Positions 9,605-21,638 of a stretch of DNA of 64,000 nt are shown piece after piece. The stretch's first letter is position 1, and each line of letters starts with the position of its first letter. The notes under the pieces are model-generated. The model was not told where the DNA came from and ran no database searches. It saw nothing but the letters and a program-made list of their open reading frames with translations. The position numbers were made by a program, and so were the translations under genes. Where the stretch lies: assembly GCA_944384725.1 (NCBI GenBank), contig CALWUJ010000004.1, positions 33,189 through 97,188 on the forward strand, written 5' to 3'. Source of the DNA: an uncultured Agathobaculum sp. GTDB lineage: Bacteria; Bacillota; Clostridia; Oscillospirales; Butyricicoccaceae.

Positions 9605-9859
9605 TTAGTAATTCAGCACAATAGAATCCCCGGAAACGAATCCCTGACATGGGCCATAGCGCACAGCATGCCACTCGGCTTGCCGGCCAAGTACAACGAG
9701 TTGGGCGCCGCATGGAGCGCTGCCAACAATCTTTGCGTGGGAAGAGGGCTTGGCGTAAATAGAAGCGAGTCCGGAGTTGGATTCGACCGTTGCGGTGGTG
9801 CCGTGCAGGTGCTTACCGGACGAATGCGGGGAAGTGTTGGAATATGTATCATACCGCAT
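9605..9859 (-). CDS. Small SH3b-domain protein (84 aa)
   Basis: GGAGG RBS; IYAKPS..AKIVG..G..VVLG..EWHAVRYG..GFVS SH3b pattern; no signal peptide. Confidence 0.7.
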   Translation of the reverse strand: MRYDTYSNTSPHSSGKHLHGTTATVESNSGLASIYAKPSSHAKIVGSAPCGAQLVVLGRQAEWHAVRYGPCQGFVSGDSIVLNY

Positions 9860-10073
9860 GGGATGACCTCCTACATCATAAGGTACTGTCAAGCTATGCG
9901 GTCGGGCTGAAAAAGGTCACAGCACAGATTTGTTGTGGATATGACGAAAATGAATGCGATTTTTGTTATGTTTTTGCTGATTTAGTGGTTGAATTTTTAA
10001 TCAGACCAATGTATAATAAATCTTGTTTGAAATGTCCGGTCCAAAAGGCCGGCAATTAGGAGGAGAGAAAACA

Positions 10074-10895
10074 ATGAAAAAGCTTTCTATTGCGATGCTG
10101 AGCATGCTTCTGGCGGGCTCGATGCTGCTGACCGGCTGCGGCGGCAACACGAAGTCCGATGCAGGCACTACGGACGACGCGGCGCAGACCGAGCAGTCCG
10201 CTGACGGCGGTGTGCTGCGCATGGGAACCAATGCGACTTTCCCGCCGTATGAGTACGTGGATGAGAACAACAATGTTGCTGGTATCGACGCAGATATTGC
10301 GGCTGCGATTGCTGAAAAGCTCGGCATGCAGCTGGAGATCACCGATATGGCGTTTGACTCGCTGATTCCGGCGCTGCAGTCCGATACGATTGATATTGTT
10401 CTGGCAGGTATGACGGTTGATCCGGAGCGCGCAGAAAGCGTTAACTTCACCGAGTCCTATGCGACCGGTGTGCAGGTTATCATTGTTCCGGAAGGCTCGG
10501 ATATTGAGTCTCCGGATGATCTGGACGGCAAGAACATCGGTGTACAGACCGGCACCACCGGCGACCTGTACTGCACTGATTCCTACGGTCAGGAATTTGT
10601 CAAGCAGTTTGACAATGGCCCGCTTGCGGTTGCAGCGCTGCTGAATGGTCAGGTTGACTGCGTTGTTATTGATAATGAGCCTGCTAAGAACTATGTTACG
10701 GCAAATCAGAGCCTCAAGATTCTGGATACTGCATATGCTGAGGAAGATTACGCAGCTGCGATCGCTAAGGATAACACCGAGCTGTTTGAAAAGGTGAACA
10801 CTGCGATCAAGGAACTCAAGGAAGACGGCACGATCGCTTCCATCGTTGAGAAGTATATCCCGGCTGGTGAAGGCAGCGAAGATACTGCTGCATAA
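10074..10895 (+). CDS. Polar amino-acid ABC transporter substrate-binding lipoprotein
   Basis: LTGC lipobox, GTNATFPPYEY, FDSLIPAL, GVQTGTTG; AGGAGG RBS. Confidence 0.9.
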   Translation: MKKLSIAMLSMLLAGSMLLTGCGGNTKSDAGTTDDAAQTEQSADGGVLRMGTNATFPPYEYVDENNNVAGIDADIAAAIAEKLGMQLEITDMAFDSLIPALQSDTIDIVLAGMTVDPERAESVNFTESYATGVQVIIVPEGSDIESPDDLDGKNIGVQTGTTGDLYCTDSYGQEFVKQFDNGPLAVAALLNGQVDCVVIDNEPAKNYVTANQSLKILDTAYAEEDYAAAIAKDNTELFEKVNTAIKELKEDGTIASIVEKYIPAGEGSEDTAA

Positions 10896-10968
10896 GTGCG
10901 GGTAATCAATCGAAAAGGGACGGCGAGCGCCGCCCCTTTTCTTCCATTATACAGAAAGGGGATAAGCT

Positions 10969-11751
10969 GTGGGAATTCTCACTATGGAGAGCTGGCTGCA
11001 AGCGGCTCCGGGCTGGGTTGCTTCGCTTCCGGATGGATTACAGACGCTGCTATTCCAGCTCTATCAGACCTTCGTTTATCAGGACCGATGGACATGGTAT
11101 GCTAACGGCTTGAAGATCACGTTTCTCGTTACGCTCGGTGCGCTGATTCTTGGCGTTATCATCGGCATGTTGATTGCGGTGATCCGTACTGCGCATGATT
11201 CGCAGCGCGCAGGCAAGCATAACCCGATTCTGGGTGTGCTTAATGCGGTAAGCAGAGTCTATTTGACGGTTATTCGTGGCACACCAATGATGGTTCAGCT
11301 GCTCATCAGCTGCTTTGTTATCATGGTACCAAAGGATGAGACGGGGCGTCTGATCTGCGGTATTGTCACGTTGGGCATCAACTCGGGCGCATACGTGGCG
11401 GAAATCGCGCGCAGCGGCCTGATGTCGATCAGTGCAGGTCAGATGGAGGCGGGCCGTTCGCTCGGCCTCAACTACCGTCAGACCATGTGGTACATTATCA
11501 TTCCGCAGGCGATCAAAAACATCCTGCCGGCACTCGGCAATGAGATGATTACGCTGCTCAAGGACACCTCGCTGGTATCGGTTATCGCGCTGCGCGACGT
11601 GACCAAGCAGGCGCAGAATATCGTTGCAAATACCTACACGCCGTATGTCCCGTATATCAGCCTTGCGGTAATTTATTTGGTGATTGTAATCATCCTAACC
11701 AAGCTGCTGGGCATTCTGGAAAGGAGGCTGCGCGCAAGTGATCGACGTTAG
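10969..11751 (+). CDS. Polar amino-acid ABC transporter permease
   Basis: [30 protein letters not shown] motifs. Confidence 0.9.
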   Translation: MGILTMESWLQAAPGWVASLPDGLQTLLFQLYQTFVYQDRWTWYANGLKITFLVTLGALILGVIIGMLIAVIRTAHDSQRAGKHNPILGVLNAVSRVYLTVIRGTPMMVQLLISCFVIMVPKDETGRLICGIVTLGINSGAYVAEIARSGLMSISAGQMEAGRSLGLNYRQTMWYIIIPQAIKNILPALGNEMITLLKDTSLVSVIALRDVTKQAQNIVANTYTPYVPYISLAVIYLVIVIILTKLLGILERRLRASDRR

Positions 11752-12460
11752 AAATCTACACAAGTCCTTTGGCAGCCACGCGGTGCTGAAGGGTGTCAAT
11801 GAGCATATCGAAAAAGGGGAAAAGGTCGTTATCATCGGGCCTTCCGGCTCGGGTAAGTCTACTTTCCTGCGCTGCCTGAACCTGCTTGAGGAGCCGACGA
11901 GCGGCGATATTGTCTTTGAAGGGCAGAACATCACCTCCAAACAGACGGATATTAATCTGGTGCGCCGCAAGATGGGCATGGTGTTCCAGCAGTTCAACCT
12001 GTTCCCGCATCTGACGGTGAAGGAGAACATCAAGCTTGCACCTGTCAAGCTCAAAGTGATGACGGATGCGGAAGCGGATAAGCGCGCGATGGAGCTTTTG
12101 GAGCGTGTCGGTCTGCCGGACAAGGCGGACAGCTATCCTATCCAGCTTTCCGGCGGTCAGCAGCAGCGCATCGCGATTGCGCGTGCGTTGGCAATGAATC
12201 CGGATGTGATGCTTTTTGACGAGCCTACCTCTGCGCTCGACCCGGAGATGGTTGGCGAGGTACTGGAGATTATGAAAGAGCTTGCGGACGATGGTATGAC
12301 GATGGTCGTGGTGACGCACGAAATGGGCTTTGCCCGCGAAGTGGGAACCCGCGTGCTGTTTATGGATGGCGGCAACATCGTGGAGCAGAATGAGCCGAAA
12401 GCTTTCTTTGAGAACCCGCAAAATCCCCGACTCAAAGAGTTTTTGTCCAAAGTGCTGTAA
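11738..12460 (+). CDS. Polar amino-acid ABC transporter ATPase (GlnQ family)
   Basis: [35 protein letters not shown]. Confidence 0.92.
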   Translation: MIDVRNLHKSFGSHAVLKGVNEHIEKGEKVVIIGPSGSGKSTFLRCLNLLEEPTSGDIVFEGQNITSKQTDINLVRRKMGMVFQQFNLFPHLTVKENIKLAPVKLKVMTDAEADKRAMELLERVGLPDKADSYPIQLSGGQQQRIAIARALAMNPDVMLFDEPTSALDPEMVGEVLEIMKELADDGMTMVVVTHEMGFAREVGTRVLFMDGGNIVEQNEPKAFFENPQNPRLKEFLSKVL

Positions 12461-12465
12461 AAATG

Positions 12466-12497
12466 AAAAAGCGGACGGTGAAAACCGTCCGCTTTTT
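12466..12497 (+). terminator. Terminator after ABC operon
   Basis: AAAAAGCGGACGGT/ACCGTCCGCTTTTT. Confidence 0.8.
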
Positions 12498-12511
12498 ATA
12501 CAAAAACAATC

Positions 12512-12541
12512 TTGACGTATGGTAGAAAAACATGGTATAAT
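12512..12541 (+). promoter_or_regulatory. sigmaA promoter of rpoBC
   Basis: TTGACG-N18-TATAAT with TG extension. Confidence 0.7.
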
Positions 12542-12693
12542 AAAACGCTTACAAAATCATGGAAGAAATCCCGATTCCTAACTACATGTTAGCACGGTCT
12601 GCAAGAGAATGCAAGACCAAAAACAATATTTTCGCAACGCCGCCGGGCGTATCAACACCAACACAGCCGAAAGAAACGGAGTGATCAAAGCAC

Positions 12694-15600
12694 ATGAAGG
12701 TGAAAGACGTACAGCACGGCAAAACCACACGAAAGAGCTTTGCACGCATCAATGAGATTTTGGAGATGCCCAATCTGATTGAGGTGCAGAAAAAGTCGTA
12801 CCAGTGGTTCCTGGACGAGGGACTGTGTGAGGTTTTCGCCGACACCGCGTCCATCACGGACTACACTGGCAATCTGGAGCTTTCCTTCCTCGACTATTCG
12901 TTGGATGAGGAGCCGAAGTACAGCGTCGAAGAGTGCAAGGCGAGAGACGCCACATACGCTTCGCCTCTTAAGGTGCGTATGCGCCTGCGCAACAAGGAGA
13001 CTGGTGAGATCAAGGAGCAGGAAATCTTCATGGGTGATTTCCCGAAGATGACCGATTCCGCGACCTTTATCATCAACGGTGCGGAACGCGCCATTGTATC
13101 GCAGCTGGTTCGTTCGCCCGGCGTGTACTACGGCAAGGAGTTCGACAAGACCGACAAGATGATTTTGTCCGCAACGGTTATCCCGTACCGTGGCGCATGG
13201 CTGGAGTACGAAACCGATGCAAATGATGTGTTCTATGTTCGTATTGATAAGAACCGTAAGATTCCGATCACGAGCTTTATCCGCGCCATCGGCGTTAAGA
13301 CCGACGCGGAGATCAAGGAGCTGTTCGGTGAGGACCCGCTGATTCTGGCAACGCTGGATAAGGATCCGGCGCATACCTCGGAGGAAGCGCTCATCGAGAT
13401 TTACAAGAAGATGCGTCCGGGCGAGCCGCCCTCCGTCGAGTCCGCGATGAACCTCATGGACGCCATGTTCTTCGATATGCGCCGCTATGATATTTCTGCG
13501 GTTGGCCGTTATAAGTATAACAAGAAGCTGGATATTGCCCGCCGCATTACCGGCCATAAGCTGCTCAGCACTGCGGTTGATCCAATGACCGGCGAAGTGC
13601 TGGCGGAAGAGAATGAGATCCTCACCCGCGATAAGGCGCGCCTGCTGTCGCATCGCGGCGTTAACCATGTGACGATTGAGTCCGGCGAGGGCACAGCGGT
13701 CAAGGTGTTCGGCAACGGCATGGTCGATATCGATGATTTCAGCGACTACACCGGTTTTTCTGCCGAAGAGCTTGGCATTAAGGAAAAGGTTCGTTTCTCC
13801 GTTCTCAAGGAGATCGTTGATTCGGGCGTTTCGGGTGAGGAACTGAAAAAGGTTGTTCGCACCCGTATGCACGACCTGATTCCCAAGACCATTATTGTGG
13901 ATGATATGCTGGCGTCCATCTGCTATCTGCTTGGTTTGGGCCACGGCATCGGTACCACCGATGATATCGACCATTTGGGCAACCGCCGTCTGCGCTGCGT
14001 CGGTGAGCTGCTCCAGAACCAGTTCCGCATCGGCTTTAGCCGCATGGAGCGTGTCATCCGTGAGCGCATGACCATTCAGGATCTGGATATTGTAACCCCG
14101 CAGAGCCTGATTAACATTCGTCCTGTGACTGCGGCGATCAAGGAATTCTTTGGTTCCTCTCCGCTGTCGCAGTTTATGGATCAGAACAACCCGCTGGCAG
14201 AGCTGACGCACAAGCGCCGTATGTCTGCGCTGGGCCCCGGCGGTCTGTCGCGTGACCGCGCATCCTTCGAAGTGCGTGACGTACACTATTCGCACTATGG
14301 CCGTCTGTGTCCGATTGAGACGCCTGAAGGTCCGAACATCGGTCTGATTTCTTATTTGGCGACCTATGCGCGCATCAATGATTTTGGCTTCATTGAAGCG
14401 CCCTACCGCATTATTGATAAGGAGAACGGCCGCGTAACCGATCAGGTGCAGTATATGACGGCGGACGTCGAGGACGAATTTATCGTTTGCCAGGCGACTG
14501 AGCCGATCGACGAAAACGGATATCTGCTCAATGAGCGTGTAACCTGCCGTATGCGTGATGAATTCGTTGAGGTCGACCGCAAGGATGTTGACCTGATGGA
14601 CGTTTCGCCTCGTATGATGGTTTCGGTTGCGACAGCGTTTATTCCGTTCCTCGATCACGATGACGCAAACCGCGCACTGATGGGCGCGAACATGCAGCGT
14701 CAGGCTGTGCCGCTGCTCAAGACCGAAGCACCGGTTGTTGCAACCGGTATGGAATATAAGGCGGCGGTTGACTCCGGCACGATCCCGCTGGCGGAGGGTG
14801 ACGGCGTTGTTACCCGTGTAACCGCGCGCGAAGTCATTGTCCAGTATGACAACGGCGAAGAAAAGACCTATCATCTGACCAAGTTCCTGCGCTCCAACCA
14901 GTCCACTTGTATCAACATGCGTCCGATCGTTGATCTGGGCGAGCGTGTTAAGAAGGGCGACGTGTTGGCGGACGGTCCTTCGACCGATAAGGGCGAGATT
15001 GCGCTGGGCAAGAATGCGCTGATCGGCTTTATGACTTGGGAAGGTTACAACTACGAGGACGCGGTCCTGCTGAATGAGCGTCTGGTTCGTGACGACGTTT
15101 ATACCTCGATCCACATTGAAGAATACGAATCCGAATCCCGTGACACCAAGCTCGGGCCGGAAGAGATCACCCGTGATATCCCGAATGTTGGTGAGGATGC
15201 TCTGCGCAACCTTGATGAGCGCGGCATCATCCGCGTAGGCGCTGAGGTGCAGGCGGGCGATATTCTGGTCGGTAAGGTCACGCCGAAGGGCGAAACCGAG
15301 CTGACCGCAGAAGAGCGTCTGCTGCGCGCGATCTTCGGTGAGAAGGCGCGCGAGGTGCGCGATACCTCTCTGCGTGCGCCGCACGGTGAAAGCGGTATCG
15401 TAGTTGACGTGAAGGTGTTCACCCGTGAAAACGGTGATGAGCTGAGCCCGGGCGTCAACATGGTAGTTCGCGTGTATATTGCGCAGAAGCGTAAGATTTC
15501 GGTCGGCGATAAGATGGCAGGCCGTCACGGTAACAAGGGTGTCGTTTCCCGCATTCTGCCGCAGGAGGATATGCCGTTCCTCGAGGATGGCCGTCCGCTC

Positions 15601-16401
15601 GATATCGTTCTGAACCCGTTGGGCGTTCCGTCCCGTATGAACATCGGTCAGGTGCTCGAGGTGCATCTGGGCTTTGCTGCCAAGAAGCTGGGCTGGAAAG
15701 TTGAAACCCCGGTATTTGATGGCGCAACGCTGGATGATATCAAGGAAACGCTGGTTGCTGCCGGTGTTGACGAAGACGGTAAGAGCGTTGTTTACGACGG
15801 TCGTACCGGTGAGAAGTTTGATAACCGCGTAACCGTCGGTTATATGTACTACCTCAAGCTGCACCATTTGGTTGACGATAAGATCCATGCCCGTTCCACC
15901 GGCCCGTACTCTCTGGTTACCCAGCAGCCGCTCGGTGGTAAGGCACAGTTCGGCGGTCAGCGCTTCGGTGAGATGGAAGTTTGGGCCCTCGAGGCGTATG
16001 GCGCAGCCTACACCTTGCAGGAGATCCTGACGGTCAAGTCGGACGATATCACCGGTCGTGTCAAGACCTACGAGGCAATCGTAAAGGGTCATAACGTGCC
16101 GCAGCCGGGCGTTCCGGAGTCGTTCAAGGTTCTGGTCAAGGAGCTTCAGTCGCTGTGTCTGGATATCCAGGTACTCGACGAAAATATGGAAGTGATCGAA
16201 CTTGCCGAGGACGATGAGGACGAGGCGGATTTCATCCGTCCGATGGAGCAGGCTGTTTCGGGCGCGGATGAAGAATTTGCTGCTGCCGGCTTTGGCATCA
16301 ACGATGCCGAGGAAGGCGATACCGATCTCTTTGCACTGGATAACGCCGTCGAGGATGGCGATGATGCCGTGGATGATTTTGATGATGGCCTGAGCGAATA
16401 A
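12694..16401 (+). CDS. rpoB: RNA polymerase beta subunit
   Basis: [31 protein letters not shown] motifs. Confidence 0.99.
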   Translation: MKVKDVQHGKTTRKSFARINEILEMPNLIEVQKKSYQWFLDEGLCEVFADTASITDYTGNLELSFLDYSLDEEPKYSVEECKARDATYASPLKVRMRLRNKETGEIKEQEIFMGDFPKMTDSATFIINGAERAIVSQLVRSPGVYYGKEFDKTDKMILSATVIPYRGAWLEYETDANDVFYVRIDKNRKIPITSFIRAIGVKTDAEIKELFGEDPLILATLDKDPAHTSEEALIEIYKKMRPGEPPSVESAMNLMDAMFFDMRRYDISAVGRYKYNKKLDIARRITGHKLLSTAVDPMTGEVLAEENEILTRDKARLLSHRGVNHVTIESGEGTAVKVFGNGMVDIDDFSDYTGFSAEELGIKEKVRFSVLKEIVDSGVSGEELKKVVRTRMHDLIPKTIIVDDMLASICYLLGLGHGIGTTDDIDHLGNRRLRCVGELLQNQFRIGFSRMERVIRERMTIQDLDIVTPQSLINIRPVTAAIKEFFGSSPLSQFMDQNNPLAELTHKRRMSALGPGGLSRDRASFEVRDVHYSHYGRLCPIETPEGPNIGLISYLATYARINDFGFIEAPYRIIDKENGRVTDQVQYMTADVEDEFIVCQATEPIDENGYLLNERVTCRMRDEFVEVDRKDVDLMDVSPRMMVSVATAFIPFLDHDDANRALMGANMQRQAVPLLKTEAPVVATGMEYKAAVDSGTIPLAEGDGVVTRVTAREVIVQYDNGEEKTYHLTKFLRSNQSTCINMRPIVDLGERVKKGDVLADGPSTDKGEIALGKNALIGFMTWEGYNYEDAVLLNERLVRDDVYTSIHIEEYESESRDTKLGPEEITRDIPNVGEDALRNLDERGIIRVGAEVQAGDILVGKVTPKGETELTAEERLLRAIFGEKAREVRDTSLRAPHGESGIVVDVKVFTRENGDELSPGVNMVVRVYIAQKRKISVGDKMAGRHGNKGVVSRILPQEDMPFLEDGRPLDIVLNPLGVPSRMNIGQVLEVHLGFAAKKLGWKVETPVFDGATLDDIKETLVAAGVDEDGKSVVYDGRTGEKFDNRVTVGYMYYLKLHHLVDDKIHARSTGPYSLVTQQPLGGKAQFGGQRFGEMEVWALEAYGAAYTLQEILTVKSDDITGRVKTYEAIVKGHNVPQPGVPESFKVLVKELQSLCLDIQVLDENMEVIELAEDDEDEADFIRPMEQAVSGADEEFAAAGFGINDAEEGDTDLFALDNAVEDGDDAVDDFDDGLSE

Positions 16402-16455
16402 GTTTTGAAGGACAACAAAATCATCTGTGAATAGGGAAGGAGCATCTTAAAATAT

Positions 16456-19400
16456 ATGGGATATCATACGTTTAACGCCATTAAGATCGGTCTGGCTTCT
16501 CCTGACCTGATCCGTCAGTGGTCGTACGGTGAAGTTAAAAAGCCCGAAACCATCAACTACCGCACGCTCAAGCCGGAAAAAGACGGCCTGTTCTGCGAGC
16601 GTATCTTTGGCCCAACCAAGGACTGGGAATGCCACTGCGGCAAGTATAAGAAGGTCCGTTTCAAGGGTAAGATCTGTGATAAGTGCGGCGTAGAAGTCAC
16701 CCGCGCTAAGGTGCGCCGTGAGCGCATGGGCCACATTGAGTTGGCGGCGCCGGTATCGCACATCTGGTATTTCAAGGGCATTCCGTCGCGCATGGGTCTG
16801 ATTCTGGATATCAGCCCGCGCGTACTGGAAAAGGTTCTGTATTTTGCGAACTATATCGTCATTGATCCGGGCGATACGCCGCTGATGAAGAAGCAGATCC
16901 TGACCGAAGCCGAGTACCGCGACATGCGCGAAAAGTACGAGGATGATTTCCGTGCCGGTATGGGCGCGGAAGCCATCAAGGAGCTGCTGGCAGAGCTGGA
17001 TCTGGAGCAGCTTTCCAAGGAGCTGACTGCGGAGCTGCGTGAGTCCTCCGGTCAGAAGCGTCTGCGCATTATCAAGCGCCTTGAGGTTGTCGAGTCGTTC
17101 CGTCTGTCGCATAACCGTCCGGAGTGGATGATTATGGACGTGGTTCCGGTCATTCCGCCGGAAATCCGTCCGATGGTACAGCTGGACGGCGGTCGTTTTG
17201 CAACGAGCGATTTGAACGATCTGTACCGCCGCGTTATCAACCGTAACAACCGTCTGAAGCGCCTGCTCGAATTGGGCGCGCCGGACATTATTGTGCGCAA
17301 CGAAAAGCGTATGCTGCAGGAAGCGGTGGATGCGCTGATCGACAACGGCCGTCGCGGCCGTCCGGTCACCGGTCCGAACAACCGCGCACTCAAGTCCCTG
17401 TCTGATATGCTGAAGGGCAAGCAGGGTCGTTTCCGTCAGAACCTGCTGGGTAAGCGCGTTGACTATTCCGGCCGTTCGGTTATCGTTGTCGGCCCGGATC
17501 TCAAGATTTACCAGTGTGGTCTGCCGAAGGAAATGGCACTTGAGCTGTTTAAGCCCTTTGTCATGAAAAAGCTGGTTGAGGATGGCGCGGCATCCAATAT
17601 CAAATCTGCAAAGAAGATGGTAGAGCGTGCCAAGCCCGAGGTCTGGGACGTGCTTGCCGGCATCATCAAGGGTCACCCGGTCATGCTGAACCGTGCGCCG
17701 ACGCTGCACCGTCTGGGTATTCAGGCTTTCGAGCCGGTACTGGTGGAAGGCCGTGCAATCCGTCTGCATCCGCTGGTATGTACCGCATTCAATGCGGACT
17801 TCGACGGTGACCAGATGGCAGTGCACGTACCGCTGTCGGCCGAGGCACAGGCAGAGGCACGACTGCTCATGCTGTCGGCAAACAACCTGCTCAAGCCGCA
17901 GGACGGCAAGCCGGTTACCGTTCCGTCGCAGGATATGGTGCTTGGTTCCTACTATCTGACGATCGACCGCGATACTGAGCCGGGAACCGGCAAGGTATTC
18001 CGCAACGTTGACGAGGCACTCATGGCGTATGCCGAGGGCGTTGTCGGTATCCATGCGCCGATCAAGGTACGCATGACCCGCGAGATCAACGGCAAGACAG
18101 TTTCCAAGATTGTTGATGCGACCCCGGGTCGCCTGATCTTCAACGAACGCATTCCGCAGGATCTGGGCTTTGTAGACCGCTCCGATCCGGAGAAGATTCT
18201 CGATCTGGAAATTATGATGACCTGCGGCAAGAAAGAGCTTGGCAAGATCATTGACAAGTGCATCCGTGTGCATGGCTTCAATGTGACCGCCGAGGTGCTG
18301 GACGCAATCAAGGCGATGGGCTACAAGTACTCTACCAAGGGCGCGCTGACCGTAGCAGTCGCGGATATGCTTGTGCCGGAAGGAAAGGATACCTTAATCA
18401 AGGAATCCGAGAAAAAGGTTGCGCAGATCGACAGACGCTATAAGCGCGGCTTTATCACCGATCAGGAGCGCTACCGCTTGACCGTAGCCGAGTGGGAAGA
18501 AACCACCAAGCAGGTAACCGCTAAGCTGCAGGCGAACATGAAGGCGAATCGCTACAACCCGATCCACATGATGGCGGATTCCGGTGCGCGTGGTTCGATC
18601 AACCAGATTCGTCAGCTGGCCGGTATGCGCGGCCTGATGGCATCCACCTCTGGTAAGACCATCGAAATCCCGATCAAGTCTAACTTCCGTGAGGGCTTGA
18701 CCGTACTCGAATACTTCATTGCGGCGCGTGGTGCACGAAAGGGTATGGCTGATACCGCGCTGCGTACTGCGGACTCGGGTTACTTGACCCGTCGACTGGT
18801 TGACGTTTCGCAGGATGTCATCATTCGTGAGGATGACTGCGGCGCGACCAAGGGCATCTGGGTCGAGGATATTAAGGAAGGCAATCAGATCATTGAGCCG
18901 CTGCATGAGCGCCTGCTTGGCCGCTTCCCGGTTGATGACATCTGCCACCCGGAGACCGGTGAGGTCATTGTGCCCAAGACCAAGATGATGAATGACGCCG
19001 ATGCGGACGCAATTATCGCGGTGGGCATCACCCGTGTGCAGATCCGCTCTGTGCTTGAGTGCCGTGCACGTAAGGGCGTTTGCGCACACTGCTACGGTAT
19101 CAACCTGGCAATGGGTACACTGGTTGGCAAGGGCGAAGCGGTTGGTATTATCGCCGCGCAGTCCATCGGTGAGCCGGGTACGCAGCTGACCATGCGTACG
19201 TTCCATACCGGCGGCGTTGCAGGTTCGGATATTACGCAGGGTCTTCCGCGAGTTGAAGAACTGTTTGAGGCGCGCAAGCCGAAGAAGGCCGCAACGCTGG
19301 CTGAAATCAGCGGTGTGGTCAACATCGAGGAATCCAAGCGCACAACGGTCAAGACGGTCAATATTGTCAACCCGCAGACCGGCGATATGCGTTCCTATCA

Positions 19401-19989
19401 GCTGGCTTCCTCTTCCGGTATCCGCGTGACCGACGGTCAGGAAGTGCCGCAGGGCTTCCAGCTCAACGAAGGTTCGCTCAATCCGCATGATATTCTGCGC
19501 GTTCTGGATCCGCGTGCGGTGCACGATTACGAGATCAAGGAAGTTCAGAAGGTTTACCGTCAGCAGGGCGTTGATATCAACGATAAGCACATTGAGGTTA
19601 TCGTTCGCCAGATGATGCGCAAGGTGCGTGTCGAGGACGCGGGCGATGCGGAAGTTCTGCCGGGCTCTGTGATGGATCTGCTTGAGTTTGAGGACTATAA
19701 CCAGAAGGTAGAGGATCGTATCGACGCGGGCGAAGAGGATCTGCGACTGGCGGTGGCTGAACCGACGCTGATGGGTATTACGAAGGCATCGCTGGCAACC
19801 GACTCGTGGATGTCGGCCGCTTCCTTCCAGGAAACCACGCGCGTGCTGACCGATGCCGCTATTAAGGGCAAGGTCGATCCGCTGATGGGCCTGAAGGAAA
19901 ACGTTATCATCGGTAAGCTGATTCCGGCGGGTTCCGGTGTGACGGAATACTGCGATGGACACTATGAACAGACGGTCGATCTGGACTGA
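16456..19989 (+). CDS. rpoC: RNA polymerase beta' subunit
   Basis: NADFDGD catalytic motif, N-terminal Zn finger, [13 protein letters not shown]. Confidence 0.99.
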   Translation: MGYHTFNAIKIGLASPDLIRQWSYGEVKKPETINYRTLKPEKDGLFCERIFGPTKDWECHCGKYKKVRFKGKICDKCGVEVTRAKVRRERMGHIELAAPVSHIWYFKGIPSRMGLILDISPRVLEKVLYFANYIVIDPGDTPLMKKQILTEAEYRDMREKYEDDFRAGMGAEAIKELLAELDLEQLSKELTAELRESSGQKRLRIIKRLEVVESFRLSHNRPEWMIMDVVPVIPPEIRPMVQLDGGRFATSDLNDLYRRVINRNNRLKRLLELGAPDIIVRNEKRMLQEAVDALIDNGRRGRPVTGPNNRALKSLSDMLKGKQGRFRQNLLGKRVDYSGRSVIVVGPDLKIYQCGLPKEMALELFKPFVMKKLVEDGAASNIKSAKKMVERAKPEVWDVLAGIIKGHPVMLNRAPTLHRLGIQAFEPVLVEGRAIRLHPLVCTAFNADFDGDQMAVHVPLSAEAQAEARLLMLSANNLLKPQDGKPVTVPSQDMVLGSYYLTIDRDTEPGTGKVFRNVDEALMAYAEGVVGIHAPIKVRMTREINGKTVSKIVDATPGRLIFNERIPQDLGFVDRSDPEKILDLEIMMTCGKKELGKIIDKCIRVHGFNVTAEVLDAIKAMGYKYSTKGALTVAVADMLVPEGKDTLIKESEKKVAQIDRRYKRGFITDQERYRLTVAEWEETTKQVTAKLQANMKANRYNPIHMMADSGARGSINQIRQLAGMRGLMASTSGKTIEIPIKSNFREGLTVLEYFIAARGARKGMADTALRTADSGYLTRRLVDVSQDVIIREDDCGATKGIWVEDIKEGNQIIEPLHERLLGRFPVDDICHPETGEVIVPKTKMMNDADADAIIAVGITRVQIRSVLECRARKGVCAHCYGINLAMGTLVGKGEAVGIIAAQSIGEPGTQLTMRTFHTGGVAGSDITQGLPRVEELFEARKPKKAATLAEISGVVNIEESKRTTVKTVNIVNPQTGDMRSYQLASSSGIRVTDGQEVPQGFQLNEGSLNPHDILRVLDPRAVHDYEIKEVQKVYRQQGVDINDKHIEVIVRQMMRKVRVEDAGDAEVLPGSVMDLLEFEDYNQKVEDRIDAGEEDLRLAVAEPTLMGITKASLATDSWMSAASFQETTRVLTDAAIKGKVDPLMGLKENVIIGKLIPAGSGVTEYCDGHYEQTVDLD

Positions 19990-20026
19990 GATTCGGCTTG
20001 CTGAAAATATAGTATAAAAAGCAGGG

Positions 20027-20060
20027 AACAGGGGAATGCTGTAAGGCGTTCCCCTGTTTT
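20027..20060 (+). terminator. Terminator after rpoC
   Basis: AACAGGGGAATGC/GCGTTCCCCTGTT + T. Confidence 0.7.
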
Positions 20061-20158
20061 GGCAGCTTCATAAAAAAGGAAAACTGACTGGAAATGCAGG
20101 CATTCGATTGCAGCTGGTAAAATTCGTTCAAAAATGAAGAAAAAATTCGGAAAAATGC

Positions 20159-20187
20159 TTGACTTCCAAAAGGAAAAGACTTATACT
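20159..20187 (+). promoter_or_regulatory. sigmaA promoter of L7Ae-str operon
   Basis: TTGACT-N17-TATACT. Confidence 0.7.
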
Positions 20188-20216
20188 GATGAAGTATGCC
20201 GTATAGGAGGGTTAGT

Positions 20217-20459
20217 ATGCTTTCAGAACTTCGCACGGCGCACAAAGTGATTGGCGTGAAACAATCCAAAAAAGCGATTCGGGACGGCAAAGCCGAAGAG
20301 GTTTTTGTGGCGCTCGATGCTGAAAAACGTGTGGTCGGTCCGGTTTATGAGCTATGCAGTGAAACAGATACCAAGCTCACGGAAATCACCACCATGACCG
20401 AACTCGGAGACGCAGTCGGAATTGATGTCGGCGCGGCAGTAGTTGCGGTTTTGCGCTGA
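20217..20459 (+). CDS. ybxF: L7Ae-like K-turn-binding protein (YbxF/RplGB)
   Basis: VIG.KQ..KAI..G.A..VFVA.DA, ELG.A.GIDVGAA; canonical position upstream of rpsL. Confidence 0.88.
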   Translation: MLSELRTAHKVIGVKQSKKAIRDGKAEEVFVALDAEKRVVGPVYELCSETDTKLTEITTMTELGDAVGIDVGAAVVAVLR

Positions 20460-20524
20460 ACTGTTTTGTTGAATCGCGCAATAAGCGCTTTTCATAAATA
20501 TCTTTGAAAGAAGGAGGAAATAAA

Positions 20525-20944
20525 ATGCCAACTTTTAACCAACTCGTCCGTAAGGGTCGCGAGGCAGTCGTTTACAAATCTACGGCACCGGCTCTGCAGG
20601 TAGGCTACAACTCTCAGAAGAAGAAGGCCACCGATCAGTCCGCTCCGCAGAAGCGTGGCGTTTGCACGACGGTTAAAACCATGACGCCGAAGAAGCCGAA
20701 CTCTGCGCTTCGTAAGGTTGCTCGTGTTAAGCTGACCAACCAGATGGAAGTTTCCGCTTACATCCCGGGCGAAGGTCACAACCTGCAGGAGCACTCGGTT
20801 GTAATGGTTCGCGGTGGCCGTGTTAAGGACCTTCCTGGTGTCCGTTACCACATCATCCGCGGCACGCTGGATACTCAGGGTGTAGCGAACCGCCGTCAGG
20901 CTCGTTCCAAGTACGGCGCGAAGCGCCCGAAGGCAGGCAAGTAA
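20525..20944 (+). CDS. rpsL: 30S ribosomal protein S12
   Basis: [31 protein letters not shown]. Confidence 0.99.
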   Translation: MPTFNQLVRKGREAVVYKSTAPALQVGYNSQKKKATDQSAPQKRGVCTTVKTMTPKKPNSALRKVARVKLTNQMEVSAYIPGEGHNLQEHSVVMVRGGRVKDLPGVRYHIIRGTLDTQGVANRRQARSKYGAKRPKAGK

Positions 20945-20989
20945 TTTTGCCACCCACAAGGTTTTGCGAGAATTAAAAGTTTTCAGCAA

Positions 20990-21097
20990 AGCACACTCAT
21001 GCTTTGTCTGAGGCGTTTTATATCCGATTATTTGATAAACGGGTATTTACCTCGGACAGGCATTACAACGGCTGTCATATAGGCACGCCGGAGTACC
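20990..21097 (+). ncRNA. Putative S7-binding cis-regulatory RNA in rpsL-rpsG spacer
   Basis: Manual fold gives three-way junction with UACAAC and CGGAGU segments resembling the 16S rRNA S7 site. Confidence 0.5.
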
Positions 21098-21132
21098 TAT
21101 GAAATCAAATTATTTTGAAGGAGGGAAGTAAA

Positions 21133-21603
21133 GTGCCAAGAAGAGGTAATGTCCCCAAGAGAGACGTTCTGCCCGATCCGCTTTATAATTCCAAGCTCGT
21201 CACCAAGCTGGTAAACTCTATCATGCTCGACGGCAAGAAGGGCGTATCGCAGAAGGTTGTTTATGGTGCTTTCGATATCGTCCGTGAAAAGACCGGACGT
21301 GAACCGCTGGAGGTTTTCACCGAAGCGATGGAGAACATCATGCCGTCGCTGGAAGTTAAGGCGCGCCGTGTAGGCGGTGCTACCTATCAGGTGCCGATGG
21401 AAGTGCGTCCGGAGCGTCGTCAGACCCTGGGCCTGCGCTGGATCACCAAGTATGCCCGTGCCCGTTCTGAAAAGACTATGCGCGAGCGTCTGGCCGGCGA
21501 GATCATGGATGCCTGCAACAATCTGGGCGGTGCTGTCAAGAAGCGCGAGGATACGCACAAGATGGCGGAAGCAAACAAGGCGTTTGCACACTATCGCTAT
21601 TAA
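21133..21603 (+). CDS. rpsG: 30S ribosomal protein S7
   Basis: GTG start, [28 protein letters not shown]. Confidence 0.99.
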   Translation: MPRRGNVPKRDVLPDPLYNSKLVTKLVNSIMLDGKKGVSQKVVYGAFDIVREKTGREPLEVFTEAMENIMPSLEVKARRVGGATYQVPMEVRPERRQTLGLRWITKYARARSEKTMRERLAGEIMDACNNLGGAVKKREDTHKMAEANKAFAHYRY

Positions 21604-21638
21604 TCTGCGATCCACTGAGCGTTTGAAAGGAGAGCAAT

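Noticed and set aside
9483-9713. N-terminal extension of nfnA overlapping the SH3b gene
   Set aside because: AAGGAGG RBS, GTG at 9482 and a promoter at 9525-9553 define the shorter gene
14140-14260. RpoB rifampicin cluster I differences (GSSPLSQ, KRRMSAL)
   Set aside because: Key Q, D, H, R and S contact residues are intact; no basis for calling resistance
20140-20158. CodY-like box upstream of the str promoter
   Set aside because: About four mismatches to consensus in AT-rich DNA; more simply an UP element
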